Of a stretch of 64,000 nt of DNA, positions 1 through 9,314 are shown one piece after another (the first letter of the stretch is position 1; each line of letters opens with the position of its first letter). The translations under genes were made by a program, and so were the position numbers. Where the stretch lies: contig MFBZ01000029.1 in assembly GCA_001776545.1 (NCBI GenBank), positions 11,988 to 75,987 of the forward strand, written 5' to 3'. The notes beneath the pieces are model-generated. The model was given only the letters and a program-made list of their open reading frames with translations, was not told the origin of the DNA and did not search any database. The stretch comes from Candidatus Curtissbacteria bacterium RIFCSPLOWO2_12_FULL_41_16 (GTDB lineage: Bacteria > Patescibacteriota > Microgenomatia > Curtissbacterales > GWA2-41-24).

Positions 1-297
1 CCGATTCAAGTAATCGTCTTACCAATTTCTGATAAATTTATAGATTACGCAAAAGAGGTAAAAGATGCTTTGGGCAAAGCAAACATAAGAACTGACATAG
101 ACGAAAGAAACGAAACACTGCAGGCAAAAATAAGAGATGCAACTTTGCAAAAAATTCCATACCTTGTCATCGTCGGTGCAAAAGAACAAGAATCAGGCAA
201 AATCGCTATTCGTACTCGAGACGGCAAAGACCTGGGACAAATGCCGGTCAATCAGTTTACAAACAAGATCACCGAAGAGATTGAAAATAAAAGTTAG
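1..297 (+). CDS. thrS: threonyl-tRNA synthetase, C-terminal anticodon-binding domain (5' truncated by window)
   Basis: Frame 1 is open from base 1: PIQVIVLPIS...KIRDATLQKIPYLVIVGAKEQESGKIAIRTR; lies upstream of infC. Confidence 0.95.
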   Translation, partial: PIQVIVLPISDKFIDYAKEVKDALGKANIRTDIDERNETLQAKIRDATLQKIPYLVIVGAKEQESGKIAIRTRDGKDLGQMPVNQFTNKITEEIENKS

Positions 298-364
298 TAC
301 GTGATAAGATCATGTTCTATAAATTGACCTAAATAATTTAGAAATTAGTTAATTTGAGCATTAT

Positions 365-394
365 TTAGAAATTAGAAATTAGAAATTAGAAATT
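365..394. repeat. heptamer tandem repeat (TTAGAAA)x4
   Basis: Four perfect copies at 365-392. Confidence 0.9.
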
Positions 395-416
395 CAATTT
401 AATCAGGAGGTTTGCT

Positions 417-965
417 GTCAAGAGACATTTTAGACTAAATCATCAAATCACGGCGCCCGAGCTAAGAGTTCTTGATGAGTTAGGTAAACAAATAGGCCTT
501 TTACCACTTTCAGAAGCTTTAAAAAAAGCACTGGACGCACAGTTAGATTTGATAGAAATAGCCCCAGACGCCAAACCTCCGGTCGCCAAGATAATTGATT
601 TCAAAAAATTCAGGTATCTCGAGGAGAAGAAAGAAAAAGAAGCCAGGCGTCACGCAAAACAAACAGAATTAAAAGAGGTTCGCTTTTCTCCATTTATCGG
701 AGAACACGACTTTCAAACAGCGCTTGATAAAGTAAAAAGATTCCTAAAAGAGGGAAATTTAGTCAAAATCTCAATTGTCTTTGCGGGAAGACAAATGGCT
801 CATCAAGAATTCGGACCAAAACTTTTAGCAAGAATAATCTTGGAGCTTGAAGACGAGGCCAGGCAAGAAAGACCGGAAAGATGGGAAGGCAGACGATTTG
901 TTACTATAGTCAAAACAGTTAAATTAACCCAAAACATTAAACAGGAAACTAGAAACGAAAAATAA
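417..965 (+). CDS. infC: translation initiation factor IF-3, non-canonical start (probably GTC at 417)
   Basis: Frame extends upstream of the ORF call: RLNHQITAPELRVLDELGKQIG...LDLIEIAPDAKPPVAKIIDF; AGGAGG at 405-410; no in-frame ATG/GTG/TTG before 549. Confidence 0.9.
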   Translation, partial: VKRHFRLNHQITAPELRVLDELGKQIGLLPLSEALKKALDAQLDLIEIAPDAKPPVAKIIDFKKFRYLEEKKEKEARRHAKQTELKEVRFSPFIGEHDFQTALDKVKRFLKEGNLVKISIVFAGRQMAHQEFGPKLLARIILELEDEARQERPERWEGRRFVTIVKTVKLTQNIKQETRNEK

Positions 966-1013
966 AAATTGCTCAAAAGTTTCAAGTTTCTTGTTTCGAG
1001 TTTGAAGTTCTTT

Positions 1014-1208
1014 ATGAAAGTTAAAACGAAAAAGGCAGCTGCTAAACGCTTCAAAATAACCAAAAGTGGCAAAATTTTAAGAGGCCGCCAAATGGCTGGA
1101 CATCTTAAAACTGCCAAAACTAAAAGTGCCAAGTCAAGATACAAAAAGATTGCCTATGTCTCAAAGCCGGAAAAGAAAAGGATAGAAAGGTTGATGCCAT
1201 ATAATTAA
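1014..1208 (+). CDS. rpmI: 50S ribosomal protein L35
   Basis: MKVKTKKAAAKRFKITKSGKI; infC-rpmI-rplT synteny. Confidence 0.95.
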   Translation: MKVKTKKAAAKRFKITKSGKILRGRQMAGHLKTAKTKSAKSRYKKIAYVSKPEKKRIERLMPYN

Positions 1209-1350
1209 GAACTGTTGAATTGTTCAATTGTTAAATCGCTATGGTGAAGCACCTTCTTCACTTGCGCGAAGCGAAGAAAGAGAGGACCACCGACTCTGAC
1301 TCGGTGGGAATCTATTTAACAATTTAGCAATGTAGCAATTAATTTAAACC

Positions 1351-1692
1351 ATGCGAGTCAAAAGGGGAGTAACATCACATCGCAGACACATACGACTTTT
1401 AGCAAAAGCGCGCGGCTACCATGGAGGCAGGTCTAAGCTTGTCAAACAAGCAAAAGAAGCTACAATCCATGCAGGAGCAGATGCCTACCGCGGTCGTAAA
1501 GAAAAAAAACGCCAAATGCGCTCTCTGTGGATTACAAGGATCAACGCGGCCCTTGAACCACATAATATCTCCTACAGCCAATTTATTAACAAATTAAAAT
1601 CCAAAAACGTTCAACTCGACCGTAAAATCCTCTCCCAAATCGCCATCGAGAACCCGGAGGCCTTCGCGGATATTGTCAAAAAGGTTCTTTGA
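1351..1692 (+). CDS. rplT: 50S ribosomal protein L20
   Basis: MRVKRG...AYRGRKEKKRQMRSLWITRINAA...YSQFI...LDRKILS. Confidence 0.97.
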   Translation: MRVKRGVTSHRRHIRLLAKARGYHGGRSKLVKQAKEATIHAGADAYRGRKEKKRQMRSLWITRINAALEPHNISYSQFINKLKSKNVQLDRKILSQIAIENPEAFADIVKKVL

Positions 1693-1739
1693 CTTTCCTC
1701 ATGTTGACAACCAAATTTTCAATTGATATAAGTTACTTG

Positions 1740-1783
1740 CCTCTCGTTCTTAAAGCTAATTTTTAAGTTCGAGAGGTTTTTTT
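1740..1783 (+). terminator. intrinsic terminator after rplT
   Basis: CCTCTCG...CGAGAGG stem followed by T7. Confidence 0.7.
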
Positions 1784-1813
1784 GAATCCGAATTGATCCG
1801 AATCAACCTAAAC

Positions 1814-1866
1814 CCGCAGGTGTAAAGCTAATCCACCCTTGGGGTGAAATACGTTTACACCCGCGG
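1814..1866 (+). repeat. 53-bp REP-like palindrome, family A (RAYT-associated)
   Basis: First 33 bp are identical to 35356-35388 beside the RAYT gene; folds as a hairpin. Confidence 0.9.
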
Positions 1867-1892
1867 ATCAGACCCTACTGCTTCGCTTGTAA

Positions 1893-1921
1893 ATGACAGA
1901 AAACTAAAAGTAATTTATAAT
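1893..1921 (+). promoter_or_regulatory. sigma70-like promoter of pheS (near-leaderless)
   Basis: ATGACA-17-TATAAT, 7 nt before the ATG. Confidence 0.55.
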
Positions 1922-1928
1922 TCAAGTC

Positions 1929-2951
1929 ATGGATACACAAATCAAGAAAGTTCTTGAGTTAGCTCGTGCCAAAATTAATTCTGCCAAAGTTGTCAAGGAT
2001 TTAGACCAAGCCTATATTGAAATCTTTGGCAAAGATGGCCTAATGACTGTCCTTACTAAACAATTATCCAACCTTCCACAAAAGGACCGACCAAAAACTG
2101 GCACACTCATCAACCAGCTTAAAAAAGAAATTGAAGAAAGACTAAAGAAAAAGCGCTCATCGTTAACCGCTCGACGTTCATTACCTTCAATCGACATTAC
2201 CGCCCCAGGCAAAAAACAGGAGATCGGCCATCTTCATCTCGTCTCTCAGGCTATTGAGGAAACGGTAAAAATCTTTTCAAGACTTGGCTTTTCTCTTCAG
2301 AGTTATCCTGAGGTAGATTGGGATTGGTATGCATTCGGGTCTCTGAATATGCCAAAAAATCATCCGGCAAGGGATGACTGGGAAACATTTTTCGTCAAAT
2401 CAGAAATTAATCCAAAATATGGAAGCCAAGTATTAACCCCTCATACTTCAAACGGGCAAGTTAGGGAAATGGAAAGAGTCAAAATACCACCCGTAAGAAT
2501 GCTTAATATCTCTCGTTGCTATAGACGCCAAATTGATGTTTCGCACACGCCGATGTTCCATCAGTTTGAAGGTTTGTTGATCGACGAAGATGTCTCAATC
2601 TCTCATTTAAAAGGTACTTTTGATTATTTCACGACGAACTTCTTTGGCCCAAGTCGCACCACCAGACTTCGTCCTCACCATTTTCGTTTCACGGAGCCTT
2701 CATTTGAAGTCGACGTCACTTGCGGCGTTTGTCAAGGATTAGGTTGTCGACTCTGTAAAGCTGGTTGGTTGGAGCTTGGGGGAGCCGGCATGGTTCACCC
2801 TAAAGTACTCTCTGCTGGCGAAATTGACCCTACCAGATACAAAGGCTTTGCCTTTGGATGGGGGATAGAACGGACGATTGCCATGAAAACAAATATACCC
2901 GACATCAGATTTTTTTATCAAAACGACATCCGTTTTCTCGAACAATTTTAA
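1929..2951 (+). CDS. pheS: phenylalanyl-tRNA synthetase alpha subunit
   Basis: HPARD, HTS, HTPMFHQFEG, FTEPSFE, GAGMVHP, GFAFGWGIER motifs. Confidence 0.97.
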   Translation: MDTQIKKVLELARAKINSAKVVKDLDQAYIEIFGKDGLMTVLTKQLSNLPQKDRPKTGTLINQLKKEIEERLKKKRSSLTARRSLPSIDITAPGKKQEIGHLHLVSQAIEETVKIFSRLGFSLQSYPEVDWDWYAFGSLNMPKNHPARDDWETFFVKSEINPKYGSQVLTPHTSNGQVREMERVKIPPVRMLNISRCYRRQIDVSHTPMFHQFEGLLIDEDVSISHLKGTFDYFTTNFFGPSRTTRLRPHHFRFTEPSFEVDVTCGVCQGLGCRLCKAGWLELGGAGMVHPKVLSAGEIDPTRYKGFAFGWGIERTIAMKTNIPDIRFFYQNDIRFLEQF

Positions 2952-3036
2952 ATTTAAAATTTGAAATTTTTAATGAAGTCTAAAATTTGAAAATTAAAAT
3001 TTTAAAAATTGATTGAAAATTGAAAATTGAAAATTT

Positions 3037-5073
3037 ATGAATATACGTGTACCCGTTTCATGGCTTCGAGAATATTTAAAAACTGACCTTGCCGCCAAAA
3101 CCATCGCCAATTATCTTTCGGCCTCGGGCCCTTCGGTCGAACGGATCCAAAAAAGCGCCACTGACTATATTTTTGACATCGAAGTCACCGGCAACAGACC
3201 GGATGCTTTGTCTGTCTTTGGGATAGCCAGAGAAGCAAACGCCATTCTCACAAATGAGAACCAAAACTCCCAGCTTGTGGCACCTTCCGGTCTAAAGTTA
3301 GAACTTGAGCCAGACATTTCAAATCCCTTAAATCTCGAGGTAATTATCAAAAATCACAGCCTTTGTCCGCGATTCGCCGCAATTTGTCTTGATAACGTTA
3401 AAATTGCGCCATCTCCGGCCTTTATTAGAAACCGACTCAGCGCCTCTGGAATTCGCGCCATCAATAATATCGTCGATATCACAAATTACGTAATGCTTGA
3501 ACTGGGCCAGCCAATGCATACTTTTGATTATGACAAGATCAAAAAAGCCCGAATGGTTCTGCGGGAATCCAAAGATGGCGAAAAAATAAGGACCCTGGAC
3601 GGCAAAACTCGAAAATTACCCAAAGACACTATAGTCATCGAAGATGAAAACCGCTTGATCGACCTATGCGGTATTATGGGAGGTCAAAACTCGGAAATTT
3701 CCCGACGCACCAAAAGGGTTGTCCTTTTTGTCCAAGCTTACGATTCAACAAGAGTCAAAAAGACCGCTCAATTACTGGCATTTAGAACAGAGGCGGCGGC
3801 CCGTTTTGAGAAAGGCGTGGACCTTGAAGGCATTATTCCCGCTCTCTCTCGAGCCGTTTACCTTGCCCAAAAAACTGCCAGTGCCAAAATAGCTTCGGAA
3901 TTGACAGACATCGTCCACGCGGAAACAAAAAGGGAAATCATCACTCTAAACATGACAAAACTCAACGATTATTGTGGCACCGAAATACCAAAAGACCAGG
4001 CTGCAAAAATTCTGGGGCTTTTGGGCTTTGGCACAAAAATAACACCTCAAACAATTGCTGCCACTCCTCCCGGCTGGAGAGCAAACGACGTGCAAAATGA
4101 TGTTGATCTGATTGAAGAAATCGCCAGAATTTACGGCTATTGGCGCCTACCTGCCAAGCTGCCTTCTGGACAAATTCCACAAGGAGCAGAAAGTGAACTT
4201 GCTAAAGTTATTGAACTTAAAAAGGCAATTAAATACTTGGGCCTCACTGAAATTATTTCCTATTCAATCATTTCAGAAGATTTTCTAAAACTCACGGGAG
4301 TAAAAATGGAAGACACGGTAGAACTGGCCAATCCCTTAACGTCTGACTGGCAGTTTATGCGCCCCACCATTTTAGTTTCACTAACTGATATCATCGCAAA
4401 AAATCAAAATCTCGCGTCGGAAATTAAAATCTTCGAAGTCGCCAAAACTTACCTTTCTCAAGAAAATGATTTACCAAAACAAGATCTAATGCTAGGAATT
4501 ACCCTGCAAAATGCAGATTTTTACGGGATCAAAGGACTTGTGGAAAACATTTTTGGGGTTTTGCAAAGGGATGTAAAGTTTGAAAAATTAAGTAATTATT
4601 CTTCTGAACTTTTCGATAAATCTCAGTCAGCCCGGGTCAAAACTGCAAATACCGAAGTGGGTACAGTCGGAATCCTCAACTCAAAAATCACCGATTATTT
4701 TCAAATTGAGGGACAAATTGCTGCCTGTGAACTTAATCTTTCTATAATCTACGGTCTGTCAGCTATCCAACGATCCTACCAGCCTATTCCCAAATACCCG
4801 CCGCGCGTTGAAGACATTTCGGCAATTTTTAGTAAAAAGGTTCCCGTCACAGATATCATCTCCGAAGTCAAAAGGTCAAATGAACTCGTCAAAAAAATAG
4901 AAGTTGTGGATATTTTTCTGGGCCAAAATTTAGGGGAAGGTAAAAAATCAGTAACTTTGCGCCTAACCTATCAAAATCAGGCAGGCACCCCGACCGCTAC
5001 CGAAGTAAAACAGGCAAAAGACAAAATCATCGATGTACTCAGTAAATCTTTTGCCGCAATCGTCAGAAGATAA
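3037..5073 (+). CDS. pheT: phenylalanyl-tRNA synthetase beta subunit (short form without the B2 OB domain)
   Basis: EVTGNRPD, INNIVDITNYVMLELGQPMHTFD, DLIEEIARIYGY, C-terminal FDX-ACB. Confidence 0.95.
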   Translation: MNIRVPVSWLREYLKTDLAAKTIANYLSASGPSVERIQKSATDYIFDIEVTGNRPDALSVFGIAREANAILTNENQNSQLVAPSGLKLELEPDISNPLNLEVIIKNHSLCPRFAAICLDNVKIAPSPAFIRNRLSASGIRAINNIVDITNYVMLELGQPMHTFDYDKIKKARMVLRESKDGEKIRTLDGKTRKLPKDTIVIEDENRLIDLCGIMGGQNSEISRRTKRVVLFVQAYDSTRVKKTAQLLAFRTEAAARFEKGVDLEGIIPALSRAVYLAQKTASAKIASELTDIVHAETKREIITLNMTKLNDYCGTEIPKDQAAKILGLLGFGTKITPQTIAATPPGWRANDVQNDVDLIEEIARIYGYWRLPAKLPSGQIPQGAESELAKVIELKKAIKYLGLTEIISYSIISEDFLKLTGVKMEDTVELANPLTSDWQFMRPTILVSLTDIIAKNQNLASEIKIFEVAKTYLSQENDLPKQDLMLGITLQNADFYGIKGLVENIFGVLQRDVKFEKLSNYSSELFDKSQSARVKTANTEVGTVGILNSKITDYFQIEGQIAACELNLSIIYGLSAIQRSYQPIPKYPPRVEDISAIFSKKVPVTDIISEVKRSNELVKKIEVVDIFLGQNLGEGKKSVTLRLTYQNQAGTPTATEVKQAKDKIIDVLSKSFAAIVRR

Positions 5074-5076
5074 AGG

Positions 5077-7638
5077 CTAATCCTCCCACGGCTGGCCGAC
5101 AGAAACTGTAATTTCGGCAGTATTGTCTTTGCCTGCTTCATTTACGGCTTTCACTTTTATTTTGTGCTTCCCCTTGTTGGCCGAAGCAAAAGTGAAGTTA
5201 AATTTATATGGTCCGTCAACTTTTGTGTCTTTAATCACATCATCGATGTAAAACTCCACCTTGGTTGCCCTTCGCCCGGTTTCCACCTCCGCTTCGGTTT
5301 CGAAACTAAAATCAACCTGCTTGTGGTCTTCGGGACTTTTAATTTTTACTCGAATATCATCAGGGTTAGCCGCCGGTTTATTAACCAACTCTTTAGGCGC
5401 CTGATATTTTGAATCACCCTGGCCAGCTGCCCAAGCGTCAATTCCTTCTTGCCAGCGATTCTTGCCATCTGTTGAAACCGGGTCAAACTCCGCAAAAACA
5501 TAATATTCTTTTCCGTCCAAAATCTTCTCGGCCAGGCAATCTCGCGTCGGCTCAGTCCCTTTTATGAAATATTCACTTCTTTTTGGAAAATCCCGGCAGG
5601 GAAGACCTCCGCCAAACGCATCGACCTCCAGGGCTATCACGTTGTCCGGTTTAACAAAATCACCAGAGGACTTGCCCTCAAGAACCTTTGTCATAATCCT
5701 GTTCCAAATCGGTGTTGCTCCGGTAATGCCGGAAGCGATCTTAGGATCCATTGGCGAATTATCGTTATTACCAACCCAAACTCCAACCACATAAGAGGAA
5801 TTGTAACCAACAGCCCAGTTATCACGTTTGTCATCAGTCGTACCTGTTTTAACAGCTACTGTTTTGCCGGGAATAACCAAAAGAGAAGAAGGGCCAAAGA
5901 CGGCACTTCTGGCATTATTATCAGAAAGAATATGCGAAATTAGAAAAGTAATATCCTCGCCCAAAACCTTTTTCCCTTTTGTCTCTTTTGCCTCCTCCAA
6001 AACCTTACCATTTTTGTCCTCCACTTTAAGAACCGCTACTGGCTCATGATAAACCCCGGATGTTGCCAGTGTCCCATAGCTGCTTGCCAAATCAAGAAGT
6101 TTCACCTCGCCGCCACCTAAGGTAATTGACAATCCAAAACGTTTTAAGTTCTCATCAGTTGGTTCGAGTGATTTCACGCCGGCTTCATAAGCAGTCCTCA
6201 ATATATTTTTAATACCCACAAGGGCAGTCATTTTAACTGCAGGAATATTGACAGAGTTGCCAAGCACAAACCTAATCTGCATAGGGCCACGAAACTTTCC
6301 GTCGTAATTGACCGGCTTATAAACTGGTTGACCGCCTCCGATTGGAAATTCCGTTGCGGCATCGAAAATCACAGAAGCCGGCGTGTAACCTGCTTTAAAC
6401 GCCGTTGCGTAGGTAAATGGCTTAAGGGCTGACCCGGGCTGTCGAAGTGAAAGAGAGACATTAACTTGGCCATCATAATCCCTGGCGAAATAATCCTTTG
6501 AGCCGACCATCGCCAGAATTTGTCCGTTCTTAGCATCCGTCACCACAGCCGCTCCGTTTCCGACAGCAAAACTCGCAATTTTGCCTACTTCCTCCGTCAC
6601 AATCGCCTGCGCTTTATTTTGCAGCTCAAGATCCAAGGTCGTTGTCACTTTAAGCCCGCCTGTTTCCACCATTTTCTCTCCAAATCTCTCAACTAAAAGA
6701 TCACGAACATAAAAAACAAAATGCGGAGCGGCAATCCCTTTATCGTTTGATGAAAATTTAACGCCCTGGATTTCCTTCTTCAATTTTTCCTCCTGCTCGC
6801 CGGTAATGTATTTATCTTCACGCATACGTCTTGCCACATCCTCTGCTCTGGCAATATAAGCCTTTGGATTTGTCCCGTAAGGTGAATAAAAAGAGGGTCT
6901 CTGCGGTAAGCCCGTCAAAATGGCAGCTTCTGCCAAAGTTAAATCTTTTGCCTCCTTACTAAAATAGGCCTGCGCCGCCGCCTCAATTCCCCAGGCAGTA
7001 CCACCGTAAGGCACCTCATTTAAGTAAATCTGCAAAATCTCGTCTTTGGTGTATTTTCTCTCTACCTGAATTGACAGAAGAAATTCTTTTATTTTTCTGG
7101 TTAGTGTTCGCTCCGGGGTAAGTAAAGTATTTTTGACCACCTGCTGCGTAATCGTCGAACCCCCTTCCAGTTTTTGAAATACTACAATGTTCAAAAGAGA
7201 TCTGCCTATCCCTACAGCTGAAAATCCCTGATGTTTGTAAAAATTTTTGTCCTCAATGGCAATAGTCGCTTGTTTCACATAATCAGGCAGTTGACTCCAA
7301 TTAACCAAAGCCCTGTTTTTATCACCGTAAATATCATAGAGCAGCTTGCCGTTCCTGTCGTAAATTTTTGTCGAGAGTGAAGAGTCGCGAGCAGTTAGTT
7401 TATAAGGCGAAGGCAAGTCACGGGCAAACACCAAAAAAGAAAAAAGGGTAAAAAGTATCAGAAGAACCAAAGAAAAGAAAACAACAGTCGAAAAAAGACC
7501 AAAAAAGCGAATCCAAAAACGCCTCCTGTTAAAAGAAGACTTCGCCAAAAATGGGTGATTTATCTGCTGGCGAGCCGAAAGTCTTGTCAGGCGTGAAGTA
7601 AATCTTCTTGCTCCGAGCCGATTAACCGGAAACCTCAT
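5077..7638 (-). CDS. class A penicillin-binding protein (transglycosylase/transpeptidase) with C-terminal Ig-like domain
   Basis: EDKNFYKHQG, GGSTITQQVVKN, RKIKE, SALK (SxxK), SVN, KTGT; one N-terminal TM; start uncertain (7638 or 7683). Confidence 0.93.
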   Translation of the reverse strand: MRFPVNRLGARRFTSRLTRLSARQQINHPFLAKSSFNRRRFWIRFFGLFSTVVFFSLVLLILFTLFSFLVFARDLPSPYKLTARDSSLSTKIYDRNGKLLYDIYGDKNRALVNWSQLPDYVKQATIAIEDKNFYKHQGFSAVGIGRSLLNIVVFQKLEGGSTITQQVVKNTLLTPERTLTRKIKEFLLSIQVERKYTKDEILQIYLNEVPYGGTAWGIEAAAQAYFSKEAKDLTLAEAAILTGLPQRPSFYSPYGTNPKAYIARAEDVARRMREDKYITGEQEEKLKKEIQGVKFSSNDKGIAAPHFVFYVRDLLVERFGEKMVETGGLKVTTTLDLELQNKAQAIVTEEVGKIASFAVGNGAAVVTDAKNGQILAMVGSKDYFARDYDGQVNVSLSLRQPGSALKPFTYATAFKAGYTPASVIFDAATEFPIGGGQPVYKPVNYDGKFRGPMQIRFVLGNSVNIPAVKMTALVGIKNILRTAYEAGVKSLEPTDENLKRFGLSITLGGGEVKLLDLASSYGTLATSGVYHEPVAVLKVEDKNGKVLEEAKETKGKKVLGEDITFLISHILSDNNARSAVFGPSSLLVIPGKTVAVKTGTTDDKRDNWAVGYNSSYVVGVWVGNNDNSPMDPKIASGITGATPIWNRIMTKVLEGKSSGDFVKPDNVIALEVDAFGGGLPCRDFPKRSEYFIKGTEPTRDCLAEKILDGKEYYVFAEFDPVSTDGKNRWQEGIDAWAAGQGDSKYQAPKELVNKPAANPDDIRVKIKSPEDHKQVDFSFETEAEVETGRRATKVEFYIDDVIKDTKVDGPYKFNFTFASANKGKHKIKVKAVNEAGKDNTAEITVSVGQPWED

Positions 7639-7710
7639 TGAAAACCTACCGCATATTATCTCAAACTGTTTTAACAATGACAAACCACCAAAACTTGATA
7701 GAAAATAACA

Positions 7711-7763
7711 CCGCGGGTGTCAACGTAATTCACCCCAAGGGTGGATTAGCTTTACACCTGCGG
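7711..7763 (-). repeat. 53-bp REP-like palindrome, family A
   Basis: Reverse complement of 1814-1866 with 2 mismatches. Confidence 0.9.
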
Positions 7764-7803
7764 ATTTGTTGCTAGAAGACTTAAAAAGGGCTAAGATTCA
7801 AGT

Positions 7804-9003
7804 ATGGATAAAATTGATGAACTTTTGAAAAGGGGAGTGGACAAGATTTATCCGTCTAAAGAAGCACTGGAGAAGGTTTTACGTTCTGGGAAGAAAATCA
7901 AAATTTACATCGGCGCCGACCCAACGGCACCGCAACTTCATCTTGGTCACGCAACAAACTTTCTAATCTTAAAAAAACTGCAAGATCTAGGGCACAAAAT
8001 TATTATCCTTATTGGAGACTTCACCGGCATGATTGGTGATCCTACAGATAAGTTAGCAGCAAGAAGACCCCTAGCCAAGGAGCAAGTTTTAGAAAACGCC
8101 AAAACTTACAAAGATCAACTTTCAAAAATATTGCGGTTTAGCAAAGAGAATCCGGCAGAGATAAAGTTTAACAGTACCTGGCTCTCAACCCTCACACTGG
8201 AAGATTTTATTCGCCTAATGGCTAAAGTAACTTTCCAGCAACTTATTGAACGGGATATGTTCCAAAAGCGCTTAACCGAAGGTAAAACGATTGGTCTTCA
8301 TGAACTGATCTATCCATTACTCCAAGGCTATGACTCAGTCGCAATGGATGTCGACGCGGAGATTGGCGGTACCGACCAAACTTTCAATATGCTCATGGGA
8401 AGAACTCTAATGAAAGAGTTAAAAGGCAAAGAGAAGTTCGTCATCACCACCGAGCTTCTTGTCAATCCCAAAAATGGCCAGAAACTAATGAGCAAAAGTG
8501 AGGAAAATTACGTTGGCCTAAATGACAACGCAGCTGAAATGTTTGCCAAAATTATGGCCCTACCCGACGAAACCATTGAACCAATCTTCAGATTATGCAC
8601 CACAGTCCCCATTCGGAAAGCCGAAGAAATCAAGTCCCGTCTAGAGTCCGGGGAGAATCCGATGGTTTTGAAAAAAGAACTCGCGTTTCAAATTGTTTCT
8701 GAATTACACAGTCCTGAAGCTGCCCAAAAAGCCCAAAACGAATTTGAAAGAGTATTCCAAAAAAGGGAAATACCAGAAGAAACAGCATCGATCAAAATCG
8801 CCAAGACGAGAATCAATGTTGTAGATTTCTTAGTAGAAAATAATCTCTCATCGAGTCGTTCGCAAGCCAAAAGATTGCTCGACCAGGGCGCGATCGAAAT
8901 TGACGGGGAAATCCTCAAAGAAAACGGGGTTGAATTTAAAGAAGGACAAGTGGTAAAAATAGGTAAGAAGAGATTTGTTAAAGTGATGCTTGCGTCATCT
9001 TGA
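7804..9003 (+). CDS. tyrS: tyrosyl-tRNA synthetase
   Basis: GADPTAPQLHLGH, YPLLQGYD, GGTDQTFN, LMSKS, C-terminal S4 domain. Confidence 0.97.
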   Translation: MDKIDELLKRGVDKIYPSKEALEKVLRSGKKIKIYIGADPTAPQLHLGHATNFLILKKLQDLGHKIIILIGDFTGMIGDPTDKLAARRPLAKEQVLENAKTYKDQLSKILRFSKENPAEIKFNSTWLSTLTLEDFIRLMAKVTFQQLIERDMFQKRLTEGKTIGLHELIYPLLQGYDSVAMDVDAEIGGTDQTFNMLMGRTLMKELKGKEKFVITTELLVNPKNGQKLMSKSEENYVGLNDNAAEMFAKIMALPDETIEPIFRLCTTVPIRKAEEIKSRLESGENPMVLKKELAFQIVSELHSPEAAQKAQNEFERVFQKREIPEETASIKIAKTRINVVDFLVENNLSSSRSQAKRLLDQGAIEIDGEILKENGVEFKEGQVVKIGKKRFVKVMLASS

Positions 9004-9046
9004 GCGGAGCGAAGGATCTCAAACGACAATAGGAAATTCCTCAACA

Positions 9047-9163
9047 ATGAAATTATTCAAACGTTCCTACCTCAAAAAAATCTGGATCGCAATTATTGTT
9101 CTTGCAGGACTCGGTTTTATCGTTGGCCAGTTCACTCTTTACCTCTTCTACGGACTCCGCTAA
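9047..9163 (+). CDS. putative 38-aa single-TM small protein
   Basis: MKLFKRSYLKKIWIAIIVLAGLGFIVGQFTLYLFYGLR*; below the ORF-track cutoff. Confidence 0.55.
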   Translation: MKLFKRSYLKKIWIAIIVLAGLGFIVGQFTLYLFYGLR

Positions 9164-9267
9164 AAACCTTTCGGCCTCCCTTCGACAAAACTCATGGCAG
9201 GCACTCAGGGCGGGCAATTGACATTTGAGATCTAACAATTGAAAATTAGCTTGACTTTTCACCTTGA

Positions 9268-9295
9268 CCCGCTTCGCTCGCGAAGCGAGGCGAGC
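9268..9295. repeat. short palindromic element CCCGCTTCGC...CGAGGCGAGC
   Basis: Same ends as the in-frame insert at 54730-54751. Confidence 0.65.
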
Positions 9296-9314
9296 TTTCG
9301 ACTTTGACTAATAC

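Noticed and set aside
1814-7763. T-box riboswitches upstream of pheS and tyrS
   Set aside because: The shared sequence lies upstream of the predicted promoters, is in opposite orientations, lacks a T-box motif and also flanks the RAYT gene.
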